NCBI GenBank assembly: GCA_003971905.1
Contig: RSEE01000031.1
Location: 1 to 64,000 of the forward strand
Direction of reading: 5' to 3'
Length of the DNA: 64,000 nucleotides
Origin: Moniliella sp. 'wahieum'
Taxonomy: Eukaryota
The translations under genes were made by a program, and so were the position numbers. Shown piece after piece: positions 1 through 13,000 of this stretch. How positions within the stretch are numbered: position 1 is the stretch's first letter; the number at the start of each line of letters is the position of its first letter. The notes below the pieces were generated by a model. The model worked only from the letters and a program-made list of their open reading frames with translations, made no database searches and was not told the origin of the DNA.

Positions 1-2258
1 GAGGGCGAGGGTAGATAGCGAGCTACCCGAAGGGGAGAGAGTTATGCCGAGGCGATAGCTCGCTATAAAATCGTCCGCTCTATGCAGCATATGGCCTCCG
101 TTCTCGATTGGACCACCGTTGACAAGTTACACCCCCCCATCCCTAACCCTACCCAACTCAACCCACCCCATCCGTCGTATCTCGGCTGTGCACGGTCCGT
201 TCGACCTCAGATTTCACACACCCCCAGTCCAGAGGGTGCCCTTCCATACCCCCCTGCCACCAAAGCATGACACCCCCTCGGGCCGAGTACGACACCAAGG
301 TTGAGCTATGCCCAAACGACACCGAATATGGCGTCTGCCAGCTAGATCAGGAGGTGTGCTGAAAAAAAATTTTTTGCGTTGGGTGGTAGTGGTAGGTGGG
401 GGGACGGCCTTCCGGGTGGTGGGGAGCGGTGGTGGTGGTGGCGGCGGGCGGCGGCGTTGCTATTTAATTAATGCTGGTCACCGGTGGGTGGTCACGGGTG
501 CGCCGGGGGGGTCATGACGGCAAGGCCAAAAATACCCTGGAATACATCAGGTGGGATCCCTCTGATACATCTAGATGTATATCAGGGACCTCGTCACATC
601 CAGCCAGTCCCGTGACATCCCTCGGGAGTTGGGAATATGTCTAGGCTCAACCCGGGTCATCTCAAAATCAATATTGATTTTGGACGTCAGGCGGAGCCGA
701 TCAATAATTGCCAGCCTGCAATTGATTTCAATAACATATGTCTAGGGTAACCGAGGCTTGGTGGCGAGCACACGCTTGGGGAGAGAGCGCAGGCTTGGAC
801 ATGATGAGCACAAGGTTGATGGCGAGCGCAAGCTTGGACGCAACAGACAGAGCACGACGATTGTACTTGCACATGGCCTACTCGAGCTTGAGCATGGCCC
901 CGACGAGCGTTGGGATGCAGGCAATGACGAGGGAGAGCGGAAGGATGAGAGGCAGAACACTGGTGCAAGAGCGGGTCAGAATGAGGCAGGGTGGCATGGG
1001 ATGGAAGGAGATGGGATGGGATGGCATGCGTACCGATGCGCTGAACGACGTTGCACATGGCCCAGACGGCGTTGGGGATGAGCATCCCAAGCAGGGTGAC
1101 AGCAGGGGCGCCAGGGGGGTGCATATAGGCCGGCAGAGCGTCGGAAGGGGACGGCATGGCAAGCTGCACGGTCTGCTGGGACGTGGGCGATCGGAGGCAA
1201 GTGGGGAGATGGCCGAGACGAGCTTCCAAATGGCCAAACCAAGCGTCCAGACAGCCAACTCAAGCGCGGCAGTGGTGGTAGCAGCCGAGGCGGTGACCTT
1301 GGACGGCCAGCGCGTCAGACTGAGGCCAGCAGGCATGCACAACGCCATGCACCATCCCCTGCTTCCGCTTGACCGACCCGAGTCAGTGCGAAGCACCAGA
1401 GAGCCGACCAGCTCGGCAATACAATGAATAGCAGGTGTCTCGCTGCGGGAAGCGCCAGAGGGCAGGCCGGGGCACGCACCAGGGCAGGCCAGCTGGGCTA
1501 TACAATGACCAACTAAGTAGGTGTATATGTCGCCGCCGCGCAAGGGTTGCAGCAAAAGCTGATGCGGCAAGAAAGACGAGCACCAGGAGCACACCCACAT
1601 TATCACCTCTCTCTCCGCTCTTCCAGCACCCAACTTGGGAGAGAGAGACTGTGTTGGTATAGTGGCAAAGCTGCGTTGCGGTATTCGTGCCTTGGGCCCA
1701 AGGAGGACGGTCTATGTGCCCGTTCCAACCGGTCGGATCTACCGCCACATGGGGTACCGGCTGATCCACCGCCGTCTGGTAAGGATGGGCGCGACTGCGC
1801 AATGAACAGGCGTCGCTGGTGGCACGACGCAGATGCATAACGTGCATGACGAGTGCTCAGAAGACGACTACGGATGTGTACCCTCCCGGGGTTGGCTAAT
1901 AGAGCTGCTGGTCCGACGGGAGACTTTCCCTGCCGACAAGAGTGACTAGTGACCGGTGCCCGACGACTGCGCAAGTGATGGCGCGTGGTGTGGGGCAAGT
2001 CGAAATCCGGAAATGATCTACAGGCTGCGACGATGGACTGTGTTCCTGCTTACCATCCCTCCATGCCAAAGGAGGGACAGGGACAGGGACAGGGACATGG
2101 ACAGGGACAGGGACAGGGGCCGAGGTTACAGGGGCAGGGGCAGGGACGTGACCCTGGGTTTGGCTGCTGCTACACACGCCATGCCCACAAATGCAACTTC
2201 CCACTCTGCCGAAGAACGACGCGCAACAAACCAGCAAAAAGCAGAGTGTAGTGATGAA

Positions 2259-3056
2259 TTACACAATCCTCCTCGGACTGCTCGGATCTTGCTTTGGCAC
2301 GCGCTCCATGACGCTGTTCACTTCCGTTTCTGTAGGCGGAGGGGATAGTTAGCCAAGGCAGCCGAGAAGCACGCGTCCCTCCTCTAACCCACGCTAACCC
2401 ACGCTACCCCATGGGTACAAAGCAGGGGCAGCAGAAGAAGAAGCAAGGACCGAAGCAAGTGGGGGAAAAGTAGTACGCACCAACACGCGCGAGACGACTA
2501 GAGGCGGCATCCAAGTCCTCGCGGAGACCTTGGTAAAGCAAGTCCAAGGCGTCCTTACGTTCCTGCTGCTGAGAGCGGGGGACCGACACGCCCTTGAGCG
2601 CTGCCAACTCCGTCTCGAGCCGGTGCACCTTGTCCAGGTGGAGGGTCAAGGTGGCGGGTGTTGTGTTCGAGCTGGGCAGCGGTAGTAGCTACGCGATCGG
2701 CTGCGCGCTGTTGGCCTTGCAGCACCCACGCTGCCCCAGCCACACTCACCACACTGAACCCGATCAGAAACCATTGAGCGTGCCGCGAAAGCCGCCCTGG
2801 TGCACGGCAGGGGGGGGGAGGGGGGGGGGTACATGATCATGAGGGGGTTAGGCGGTGCCAGCGCAGAGCAGAGCAGAGGAGATGAGACCGGGAGGGAGGG
2901 AGGGACGTACGACGGGGTTTTCTGTGGCTGGACGCGCGCTGGACGTGGCGGCTGTGCTGGCGGGGGGCGGGGCGGAGGGGAGGGGCGCGCGCAGCACACG
3001 CGCGAGGGGGTGGTGGTGGCGGTGGGGCGGGTGGGCAGGCGCCGAGGGCTGAGCAT
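2259..3056 (-). CDS. Small conserved fungal mitochondrial membrane protein (presequence-like N-terminus, TM helix, coiled coil); 2 introns; frameshifted
   Basis: Joined frames give GGFRGTLNGF(L)IGFSVVSVAGAAWVL...LHLDKVHRLETELAALKG...LDLLYQGLREDL, resembling an uncharacterised fungal family with a 'GxFRGGxxGFLxG' motif (recalled, not searched). Intron GTGCGT at 2480 with CTAAC branch and CAG acceptor at 2330; last exon ETEVNSVMERVPKQDPSSPRRIV*. Confidence 0.65.
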
Positions 3057-5091
3057 GCAGAGATGGGGGTGGGGGGTGGTGAGGTGGTGAGGTGGTGCAG
3101 AGGGAATATTGAATGCGGATGGGTCGGCGCTTAGCTCAGCACTGGGAATTGGGAACTGGGAACTGGGAATTGGGATCTTGGATTGGAGGTGGGGGGAGCG
3201 CGTGGATCACGTGACGCAGCCGGCGCACGTGGCGGGCGGCTGCCCCCCCAAACACGCCGATCCATCACATCTCACTCTCACCTGGCCCATCCCACCTCGC
3301 CTCGGCGTGTCCCGCAGCCGATCGGCACGCACACTGCCGTCGTGCCACCGCACTTGGGCTGTCCTCTGCTGTTTGTCCCTCTGTCCCTCCCATGAGTCCA
3401 GCGCCATCGACAGCCCCCTGCGCGCCGCTGCCTCCGCCTCTCCCACGCGCGCACCTCGCACTCTCCCCCTCGCCCCCCTCCTCCATTGCCCCGGTTACGA
3501 TGCCCATCCTACGCGACGAGAACGCGCCGCTGCCCTCAGCCCACACCTTGTCCCTGCCCCTCCCGTCCAGGCCCGCCTCCGCCTCCGGCTCTGCTGCTGG
3601 CCCGCCGTGTCCCCCCCAACGGGCCAGCCTGCTGTCCGACGCGCCGCTGCGTCCCCTGCGCCCTGTCCTCGCGCCCAGGCAGCCTCCTCTTCCGTCTGAC
3701 GAAGGCTACGCCTACGGCGTTGGTCTTGGCCATGGTCATCGTCACGCGTTGGGCTTTGCCAGTCCTTCCCCAGCCCCGCTTTCGCTTTCCGCCCGCCAAC
3801 GCGACAGTGGCACAAGACAGTCCAACCCCACCCCAGCCCAAAACCCAATTCCAAAAGCATCACTGTCACGCGCCGCTCGCGCCCCGGGAAGGAGAACATC
3901 GATCCGCCCCACCCCTCGGTGGACACTCAAGGGGGGAGACTACGTGGAGGCAGTTGGCAGTCCACACGACCTGGTTTGCGCACTTCGTATCGTACCCGAT
4001 CTTCCCCACTCGGCAACTCGAGTAGCTGGGGCGTCTCGGCCCGCTCGTCGCCTGTCGCGTCGCCACTGCCACTGTCGTTGTCGCTCGCGCCTGCTTTGCT
4101 TCCTTCCTCCTCCTCCTCCTCGTCATCCACTGTAGCAGTAAGGTCAAGCGCGAGAGCAAGACCCAGCGCGAGCGCATCGAGCCAAGCGTGTTAACGCGGA
4201 AACACGTCTGCGTCGACGCGTCAACCGGCCCCGGGGTTCACTGTGCTGCCTTGGCTTGGGTCTTACTTCTGCCCTTGCTCTTGCGGTTGCCTCCTGCTTA
4301 CCCTGCTCCCTGCGCTTCGTTTCTTTCCTCCTCCTCTTCCTCTTCTTCACCTTCACCTTCTGCTTCTACTTCTCATCCGTTCCATAACATATGTACTCAT
4401 TCTTTCACCCTGCCCCGCACCCCCATGCCACACTGCGACGTGTATGCCCCCCCGCTCCCTAGGCCCTCTCGCACGCAACCCCAGGCCGGCAGGAGGGTTG
4501 AGCGTGGACGTGGACGTGGGCGGTGTCACATGTCACGGTGCGCAGGAACCGCTCCAGGCCATTTCGTTCGTTCGTTTGTTTGTTCGTTTGTTCGTTCGTT
4601 CGTTCTTTCGTTGCATTCGTGCCGTTTTGTCCGACCTGACGGACCGTCCCTCTGTCGCTAGTGATCCGAGCCGCGGTGGGAAGCCGCCGCAGACGCAGAC
4701 GCAGACGCAGACAGAACCGGTTTTGCTTGGCAGTACACTAGTACGCTCTGGTGAGCCAGAACCAGCCGCGCTAATTACTAACCCACGTCTAACCACCTTA
4801 CAGGCACCGCTTGCGCTTAGCGGTAAGGCTTACCATTTCGGTCGAGTACGGCGAGACAGAAAGATCACGTGTGTGCTGAGGTAAGCGGCGGCCGAGCACG
4901 TGTGGCTGTACCTGCGCCTGTCTGCGCCGCGTGGCAGCGCCCCCGGCCGGTGGCGGACGAGGCACGCTGGATGCGCTCCACCACCACCACCACCATCTCC
5001 ACGCTCGCGTGAGTGCTGGCCAACAACCCCTGCCGCACCCAGCCTCACCTTCACCCTCACCCGCACCCGCACCATCTGCATCAGCATCAGC

Positions 5092-8000
5092 ATGCCCGTG
5101 TCTGACGCTGCTGTTGACGCTGGTGCCGCCTCAGCTGCCGCTCCAGCTGCCGCTCCAGCTGCCGCCGCTGGTGCTGACGCCGGTGCCGATGCACGCGAGG
5201 CGCTGCGTGCGCAGATTCTCGATTACGAGCAGCAAGCGGCTGGGTTGAACGCCAAGTTAGTGAGCAGCATTGAGCACGTGGCGGAAGTGGAAGATGACCT
5301 TGCGGAAGCGCGAGGGAAGCTGCGGTACCATCGTGAGCAGATCCAAACGCTGGAAGGGAGAAAGCGGAGCACCTATCTGCGCTCAACACGGGAGTGTTGG
5401 TGGAGAAGCAACTTGTGAGCAGCGAGATGCAGAAACTTATGGAGCGCGTATTGGAAGAAAGTCGACAACGTGGCAAAGCCGAAAGTGATCGCAACAAAAT
5501 TGAAGCTGAATTGGACGAGTTGAGCTCCAAGTTGTTCTCCGATGCTAATCGTATGGTCGCTACCGAACGCTTGGCGCGCGCCCAGGCTGAAACTAAGTCC
5601 GAACAACTGGAACAGTCGTTGAAAAACACTCAGGCTATCATGGCTGAACAACAAACTGTCCTGGCTGCTCTACAGCAACAAATTGACCTGTTGAAACAAC
5701 AAACTCTCCCCTCGACGGTCCCGACGGCCGCGACTCGCTCGATCCAGATCCCGTGGACGAGGCGGAGATGCTCCCTGCGCCCCACCTCCCCGGCCACTCC
5801 GAGCCATCTACCAACCACGCGGAACCTGCGGTCCTGAAGGCGGCAGGAACAACAGCAGCAGCGATAGAGGTCGTAGTGGACCCGCCTGCGCCAAGAGAGG
5901 ATACGGCATCGACGTGTCTTCCGCCTGCGCTGCTGTACCGGCAAGTGCGTTTGGACATTGAAGCGTACCGAGAATTTTGTGCGTTTCTTGCGTTTCTACG
6001 GAGGCAACGGTTACTTCTCAAGCCGTTTTATGACTACCACTTGCAGCATGGTAGCAGTACGCTTTCGCCTTCGCCTTCGCTTTCGGCTCGGCCTGTGGGG
6101 ACCACTGCTGCAGTGGGCGAAGTAAGTTTCGGCCGGGCAGGTATGACGGGGATCGCACCTTCGGGCCACGTTAATCCGTTCCTTGCAGCAGGCGTAGGAC
6201 GGCACAAAGACTTTCCTGCGTTACCTGCGAACGCAGAGGCGTTGGTGATGGTGAGCAACCAACTGTCCCAGCCGTTCCTCAAACGTATAGAGGAAGAAGA
6301 TACAGGTCCGTGTTTGCGACTCGACCTAGCGCCTGGGCTGGGGTGGCTGAACCGTCGTACGGCCCACACAGCCATACTCGATGGCACATTGGTCTTCCAG
6401 TCGATCTGGCCTAAGGACGCACACCTTGATCCAACTCACATTCGCGCCAAGACAGCTCACTTGCCCCCTGCTGAATGCGCTATGTGCGGTATGCACCTCG
6501 TTAATATCCCTCTGGGCGGACTGGACCCTCACCCTCCCCCTCCCCGGCGCAGTTGCCTTCTTCTTCTTCTTCTCTCCCTTCCTCTGCTTCTGCGTCTGCG
6601 TCGGCTTCGATTTCGACTTCGGCATCGGGTTCGGTTTCGGGTTCGGCGTCGGCTTCCTCAACGCTCACCTCTCCGCCCGGGCGCGACCGCGAACGCAAGA
6701 CGAGCACCAGCTGGGCCCCATCCTGGACCGGCTCAGCAGCCAGCTTACTCTCATCTAAGACGCTACGCATTCCCCACCCGGTACATGCCACGCCCACGCC
6801 TCTCCCCTCCGACCCCGCTGAACCTGAACCCAGTACCGAGCCTAATACCGAGCCCAATACCGAGCCCAGTGCAAATGCGAATACGAATGGGGATGCAAAT
6901 GGGGATGATTCTGCTTCTTTCCCCCCTTGACTGGCGATGGCGCGCACACTCCCACTGAGTGTCCTCCCGCCGCCACATCGGGCTCGGGATCGGTCCCTAC
7001 GCCAGTTTCTGCTTTGGGTTCGGGTTCGCAGTTGGTTCCCGATCCGGCAGGCGAAACGACTAGTGGAACGGTTTCTGCCTCTGCTTCTGCCTCTGCCTCT
7101 ACCTCTGGCTCTGCATCTGTTGGCCCTGCCAGGTCCGGTTCGGAGGCGCAAGCTGGCCCGGCTGCCGCAGGTGCAACGCCCACCACGGCACCGACTCCGA
7201 GTACGACTCCGAGTACGACTACGACTTCAGCTCCAGCGACGACTTCGGCTCCAGCTCCAGCTGCGACCCCGGTACCGACACCGACACCGACACCGGCAGT
7301 TCCGACGGCGACGCCACGCAGTCGGAAGATCTTTAGTACGTTGCGACTTGGCAATTCCAGTCCGACGCCCGATCGGGTGGAAAAGCAGACGCCTTCTTCG
7401 GCTGGATTCCTGGCCAGTCGCTTGGGCGCGTTCAATTCCCCCACCTTGCCAGGCGACGATAAGGAAAACCAAAACCAAAAGGAAACGGTACGTGGCTCAT
7501 GTTCTTTTGTGCGTGGTGGGTTCTTGGTGGGGCGTAGAGTGGACATGGTGCGCATCGATCGGCCCCACCAAAGGAGGGGGGTGATACGTGGATGTTGAAA
7601 CTGACTTGGGGACTTGATTTTGATATGTGTGTGTTGATGTGTCTCTGTGCGTGTGCGGATGTTGGTGTTGGGTTCGGGTTGATGTTGATGCCGGTTGGGT
7701 TGGATTTGGATTTGGATGACGGGGGGGAACGGGGAACAGACGACCAATTCTTCGTACGCCTTTGCACCGCCCATACCTACGCACATTTTCCGTTTATCGG
7801 AAGAATCTACGACGCGCTACCTGCTCTGTCCGCACCATGGCGCACGCTTACATGCCGTATGCAGTTTCTGGGCCTTTGTTCGCCACGTCGAACGTGCTAT
7901 CGTACTTGAAGGTCAAGAACCTTGGCACTCGCGCTCCACCACACCTACCCCTGCTGCTCCGGCTCTCACTGCCTCACCTTCCCCGTCCCTTTCACCTTCA

Positions 8001-8920
8001 CCTATGCAGTCACAGTCACATCCACCTTCAGCTTCAGGTTCACAGTCACTTTTGCCTGCGCCTTTAGCTTCTTCGGCTGACCCTCCCCCCGACCCCACTG
8101 CCTCACCACCAGCACCTGTACCTGCACCTGCACCTGCACCTGCACCTGCACCTACGGGGAGAGCGACGAGCGACACGCCTGTCCCTCCCGTGCTACCCGC
8201 ACGCCCTACCGGGGCCAGCTCCGACGCTACCCCGACGCTACCCCCGAACCTACGTCTGGAATAACCCCTGATCCTACCTCGGACCCTACCGCCGAAACCA
8301 CTGCGGCTACTGCTGTGGCCACGGGGGATGCGGCCGGTAGTGCGGCTGAGCTTGGTGCTGCGACTGCGACGACGAACGCGAAAGAAACGGCGACAGAGAC
8401 AGAGAAGGCGACGGCGACGACGGTACCGCCCCACTTACCCCCTCGTCGACCTACACGGCGTCACCCTGTCCGGTCCGACGGCTCGCCCGGTCCGTCGTCC
8501 GATCCATCGTCCGATCCGTCGTCGTCCGAGCCATCGTCGTCCGAGCCGCCGTCGTCCGATGTCTTGGGTACCACGACGGTCAGTCCGGAGCAACCGGTAC
8601 CTACGTCCGTGCCAACGTCCGCGCCGGCGCCATCGACTGCGGTGGTCCCATCGACTGTGGCGGTCCCATCGGCTGTGGCAGCCCCATCGGTGGAGCCTGC
8701 TGGACACATGGACCGAACGATTGTCGTTTCAGGTGGCGAGGGCGGGTGGGAAGCACGGTTGTGGCAACAAGTGGTGCAGCATAAGGCGCAAATGAGTTTG
8801 TGTCGGTTAGGTGTGGGGGTGTATCCTAACGTTGCTCTCTCGCCCACGCATGGACGCGGGGACAGGTCCGTTGTAATTGCCGGTTACCCGGTTACGTTCC
8901 CCCAACATGGGCATGGGTAG
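5092..8920 (+). CDS. SEC2: Rab GDP/GTP exchange factor Sec2 (indel-broken; intron ~7488-7739)
   Basis: Sec2 coiled coil 'KIEAELDELSSKLFSDANRMVATERLAR'; 'FLKRIEEEDTGPCLRLDLAPGLGWLNRR'; CAMCG plus the later 'YLLCPHHGARLHAVCSFWAFVR' Cys motifs; C-terminal 'WEARLW...LCRLG'. Confidence 0.9.
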
Positions 8921-10050
8921 ATACGTGCGTACGTGCGTACGTGCGGAAGGTCAAGTACAAGGGTTAAGGACAAGTGTAAGGGTAACCCAAGCAAGTGGCC
9001 AACCTAACGTCCCACGTCCCATGTCCCATGTCCCATGTCCCATGTCCCACGTCCCATGTCCTAAGGTCCGAGTCCCAAGGTCCGAGTCCCACGGACCAAT
9101 ACAGTAAAGGTACATGGTGCAAGTCAGAGTGTGCCGCGTGCCAAGCAAGCTCCTGCCCTGCCCTGCCCTGCCCTGCCCGTTTGCCCATGCGGCAGAGAGG
9201 AAGAATGGGACTGAATTGGTTTGGATCAGTTTGGTTTGGTTTTGGCGTGGATGAGGTGGGACAGACAGGTGAGGCATGAGGCAACAGGGTTTCCGACTTG
9301 GAAAAGCAACGGCGAGGCGCGCCATCATGTAAGGTCAGCATAGAACCCTGCGTGCTCTAGGGTGGCAGCGTGGAGAGGCAGAGGGGGGAGAGGCGTCCGA
9401 CCACTGGCAATGTTATAGCTGGATCCACAATGCACCCCCCGCTTCGTGGCTCCGTCACCGGTCACCTCTAACCCCCCTCCGGCCAGGACGGGATAGACGG
9501 CCAAGTGACAGGGCTGGATGCGCGACTGACGGCGCGTCAGAAGCTGGATGTCGTACTGGCTCGCTGGGAGGATGCAAGATGCAAAATGCAAGATGCAGCT
9601 GATGGGGCACAGGTGCAGCTGCGACCACAGTGGACTGAGGGTACATGATTGGTCGTCGTCAGTGGTCAATACCTTCGACTGTGCTTTGGATCTGGTTGCG
9701 GTTAGTACGGTTGCGGTTACGGTTTCTGTCGGGGTATAGTACTAGGTGGTACGAAGATGGGCCACAGTCTCCTTTCCCTGCTACGCTCCTGCCTCTCTTG
9801 TCCATTTGTCTAGGGACTATGTGCTCTGTACGGGTCTTCTTGGTTGCCTTGGGCCGGAGTAAGGAGCAAACAACGGTAGTAGCATACAATTTGGCCTTTG
9901 CAGGCGACCTCTTGTGACGGTGACTAGTAACTGGTGACTGTAGAGTAGCAGCAGCATAATACCAACCAATAGCAAACACAACACAACACAACACAGCATA
10001 ACAACACATTGAACCCATGTCCCCCCCCCTCCCCCTGACCTTTTGCTTGC

Positions 10051-13000
10051 TCATAACGCACACAAGCGTCTCTCCTCATCCCCCATCTCCACCTCCGTCC
10101 CCACCTCCACCTCCAGCTCCACCTCCCTCGACCTGCCCATCCCCAGGCACACCGTGGGAAGCGTCCAGAGGTGGACCAGACTGCTCCTGCGCGGGAGGGG
10201 CGTCGCGTGCGCCGTGGGCGTAGCGTTCGGGCCCAAATCCATGGACAAAGGCAATCCCAATGACATGCCAAGCGACACGCCTTCAGGCAAGTACCCCGCG
10301 CTCGACCGGCAGGCATAGAGGCGACGCCCAAGTCCATGTGCGATAGACTAAGTGGGTGGGCGTGGTGAGGACTGAGCAAAGGTAACCCCAAGGGCGTACC
10401 GGGACCATGCGACCCCGAAACAGAACCGGAACCAGAAGCAGAACCAGGACCAGAACCAGGACCAGGACCAGGACCAGGACCAGGACCAGGACCAGGAGCA
10501 GGGGGTCCCGTTGCCGGTGCCCCAGTGACGGTATTTGTACTCGTCGGAGCTGCGACAGAAGAAGAGCTAGGTGTGGAGCAAGTCGTGCCTGTGCCTGTGC
10601 CTGTGCCTGTGCCAGTCCCCTTGCCCGTGCCCGACGCAGGCGCAGCAGCCGGTGTAGACGGTACCACACCGCCAACCGAACCTGCAGTGGGAGTGCAATT
10701 CGAGGTCGAAGGCGGACCGGAGTCTACAGCCGCCGCGCGCGTGGGTGGAAGTTCCACCTCGGCGCCACCTACTGACCCAGTTGGTCCCGCAGGAGCCGTC
10801 AAGGGCGGAGGGGCACGCCCCAGGGACAGGGCCAAGCCATTATCAGGCACGGAAGTCTGCGTGCTGTGACTTGAACGCGAAGGTTCCAATGCCGAACCTA
10901 CGTTTACGTTCCGACCTGGCGGTAAGGACAACGAAAGTGAGTTGGCATGCGTTTGTTGCCGCATCTCAATCGCCATACGCATACGGAAGGCATGCGCATT
11001 CGCTTCGGCCTGAGCTTGAGCTTGAGCTTGCGCTTGAGCTTGAGCTTGAGCATGAGCTTGAGCTTGCGCATGAGCTTGAGCTTGCGCATGAGCTTGAGCT
11101 TGAGCGTAGGCTTGAGCTTGAGCTTGAGCGTGAGCGTGAGCTTGTGCTTGGAGTTGGGCTTGGGCTTGGGCTTGGGCTTGGGCCTGGACCTGGGCCTGGG
11201 CTTGAGCCTGGGCTTGGGCTTGGGTAAGAATCCCGGCGCCCCCATCGCCGAGGCAGGAGGGGCAAGAGAAGGAGCAAGAGAAGGAGGGAGAGAAGTAATC
11301 GGGAGAGAAGGAGGGGGGAGAGAAACGACGGCACCGGGCCCAGTCGAGTGGACATGAGGCATGCCCGGTCGCGTGGGTGCTGAGGCGGCCGGGCCAGCCG
11401 GGACCAAAGCTGTACCGGGCGCCGAGGACAATGAAGCGAAACTTACATCGTGCGAATGCGAATGTGAATGCGAATGGTGTGAAGGATGGGAAGAATGCGA
11501 GTGCGAGAGCGAGTGCGAATGCGAATGCGAAGGCGGATGGGAGTGCGGGTGGGGGTGCGAATGCGAATGTTGCGAATGGGAATGGGAGTGCGAATGGGAA
11601 TGGGAATGTTGCGAATGAGAAGGAGGGAAGAACGAGACGGGATGGGAACCTCCCGCACTTGCACTTGCACTCCCATCCTGTGCGCCACCCACCGGGCCAA
11701 ACAACAACTCCGACCCCGATCCCGATCCCGATCCCGGTCCATCTCCGGCCCTGCCGCTGCCGGGCTCGGCTCGACACTCGTACTCGTACTTGCATTGGCA
11801 CTTGCATTGGCACTTGCATTAGCACTTGCATTGGCATTGGCATTGGCATTGGCATTGGCATTGGCATTGGCATTGGCATTGGCATTGGCATTGGCATTGG
11901 CATTGGCATTGGAACTTGCATTCGCATTGGCATTCGCTTCTTGCATCACCGCGTCCGTATCTTCCGCCACCACCGATCCACCATCGTCGCACCCGGTAGG
12001 GGGCAGGGCCCAAGGTCGCGCCCGGCCCAGAGCGCATGGCCGAATCCGAAGCCGAACCCGAACCCGAAGCGGGGAGCGGCAAGGTCGGCGCCGGGGCACG
12101 AATGCGGCCTCCGTTTCCGGGTGAGAGAGCAGGGCGACGCCCAAGGGGACTTGGCCCGGGGCGGAAGACGAGGGGTAGCAGGGTCGATAGCTTCGACGGG
12201 CGTGACATCAAGGTAAAATGAATGGTGCAATTGGTGAACCTGACCATTCTGAACGTACTGCGCCACGACAGTCACGGGTCCCGCATCGTCCGGGGAAGTA
12301 GGTGTGCCTTGTAAGGTATCTTGTACCTCTGGGTTTTCCCATTCGATCCAGCGTGGCAGTTGCGGGGCGGCGAAGCGTGCGCGAATCGCACTGCTAGGCA
12401 CTAATGGATCCCAGATCCGTAGTTTCCATTTCCATGGGATGTGGAGGAAGGCACGCGCAGGTGCGCGGCAATGCGTCGTGTGAATTCACGGAATTCCCAG
12501 CCGCCTTGTGGTCGTTTACGCGCATCAATGATCCAGTTATGGTTTCCGCGCGATTTGGCCTTACGACCATCCTCGTTGAAACGCGCAATGAGCGGTTGCG
12601 ACCATAGGTACAGCTTGACTTTTTTCAAACTCACCTCGGCTTCCGTCCAGCCCGATTGGTACACACGTTCTTGAAACGCATTGGTAAACGCTTGGATCCG
12701 GAACCGGAACGGTCTAAAGTCTGGCGACTCGTCCAGTCGAGCCATCCGTTTGGCCATCAACAGTTGGTGCACCGGTTCGCCACGGTAGTCCTTAAAGTCC
12801 ACTGTGCATGGGAACAAAGGGAGGGGCAAGGGGGGCAAGGAAATGATCAGTAAGCGTCCGACACAACACAACACAAAACAACACGTACAATTGGAAACAA
12901 ATATCGTTGAGGTACACCAACAGGACCTGATCCAGCTCGGCGCGCAGTTGAGTGAGATGGACGCAGCAGCCACCTCGGGCGACGGATCTGCTTCCCCACC

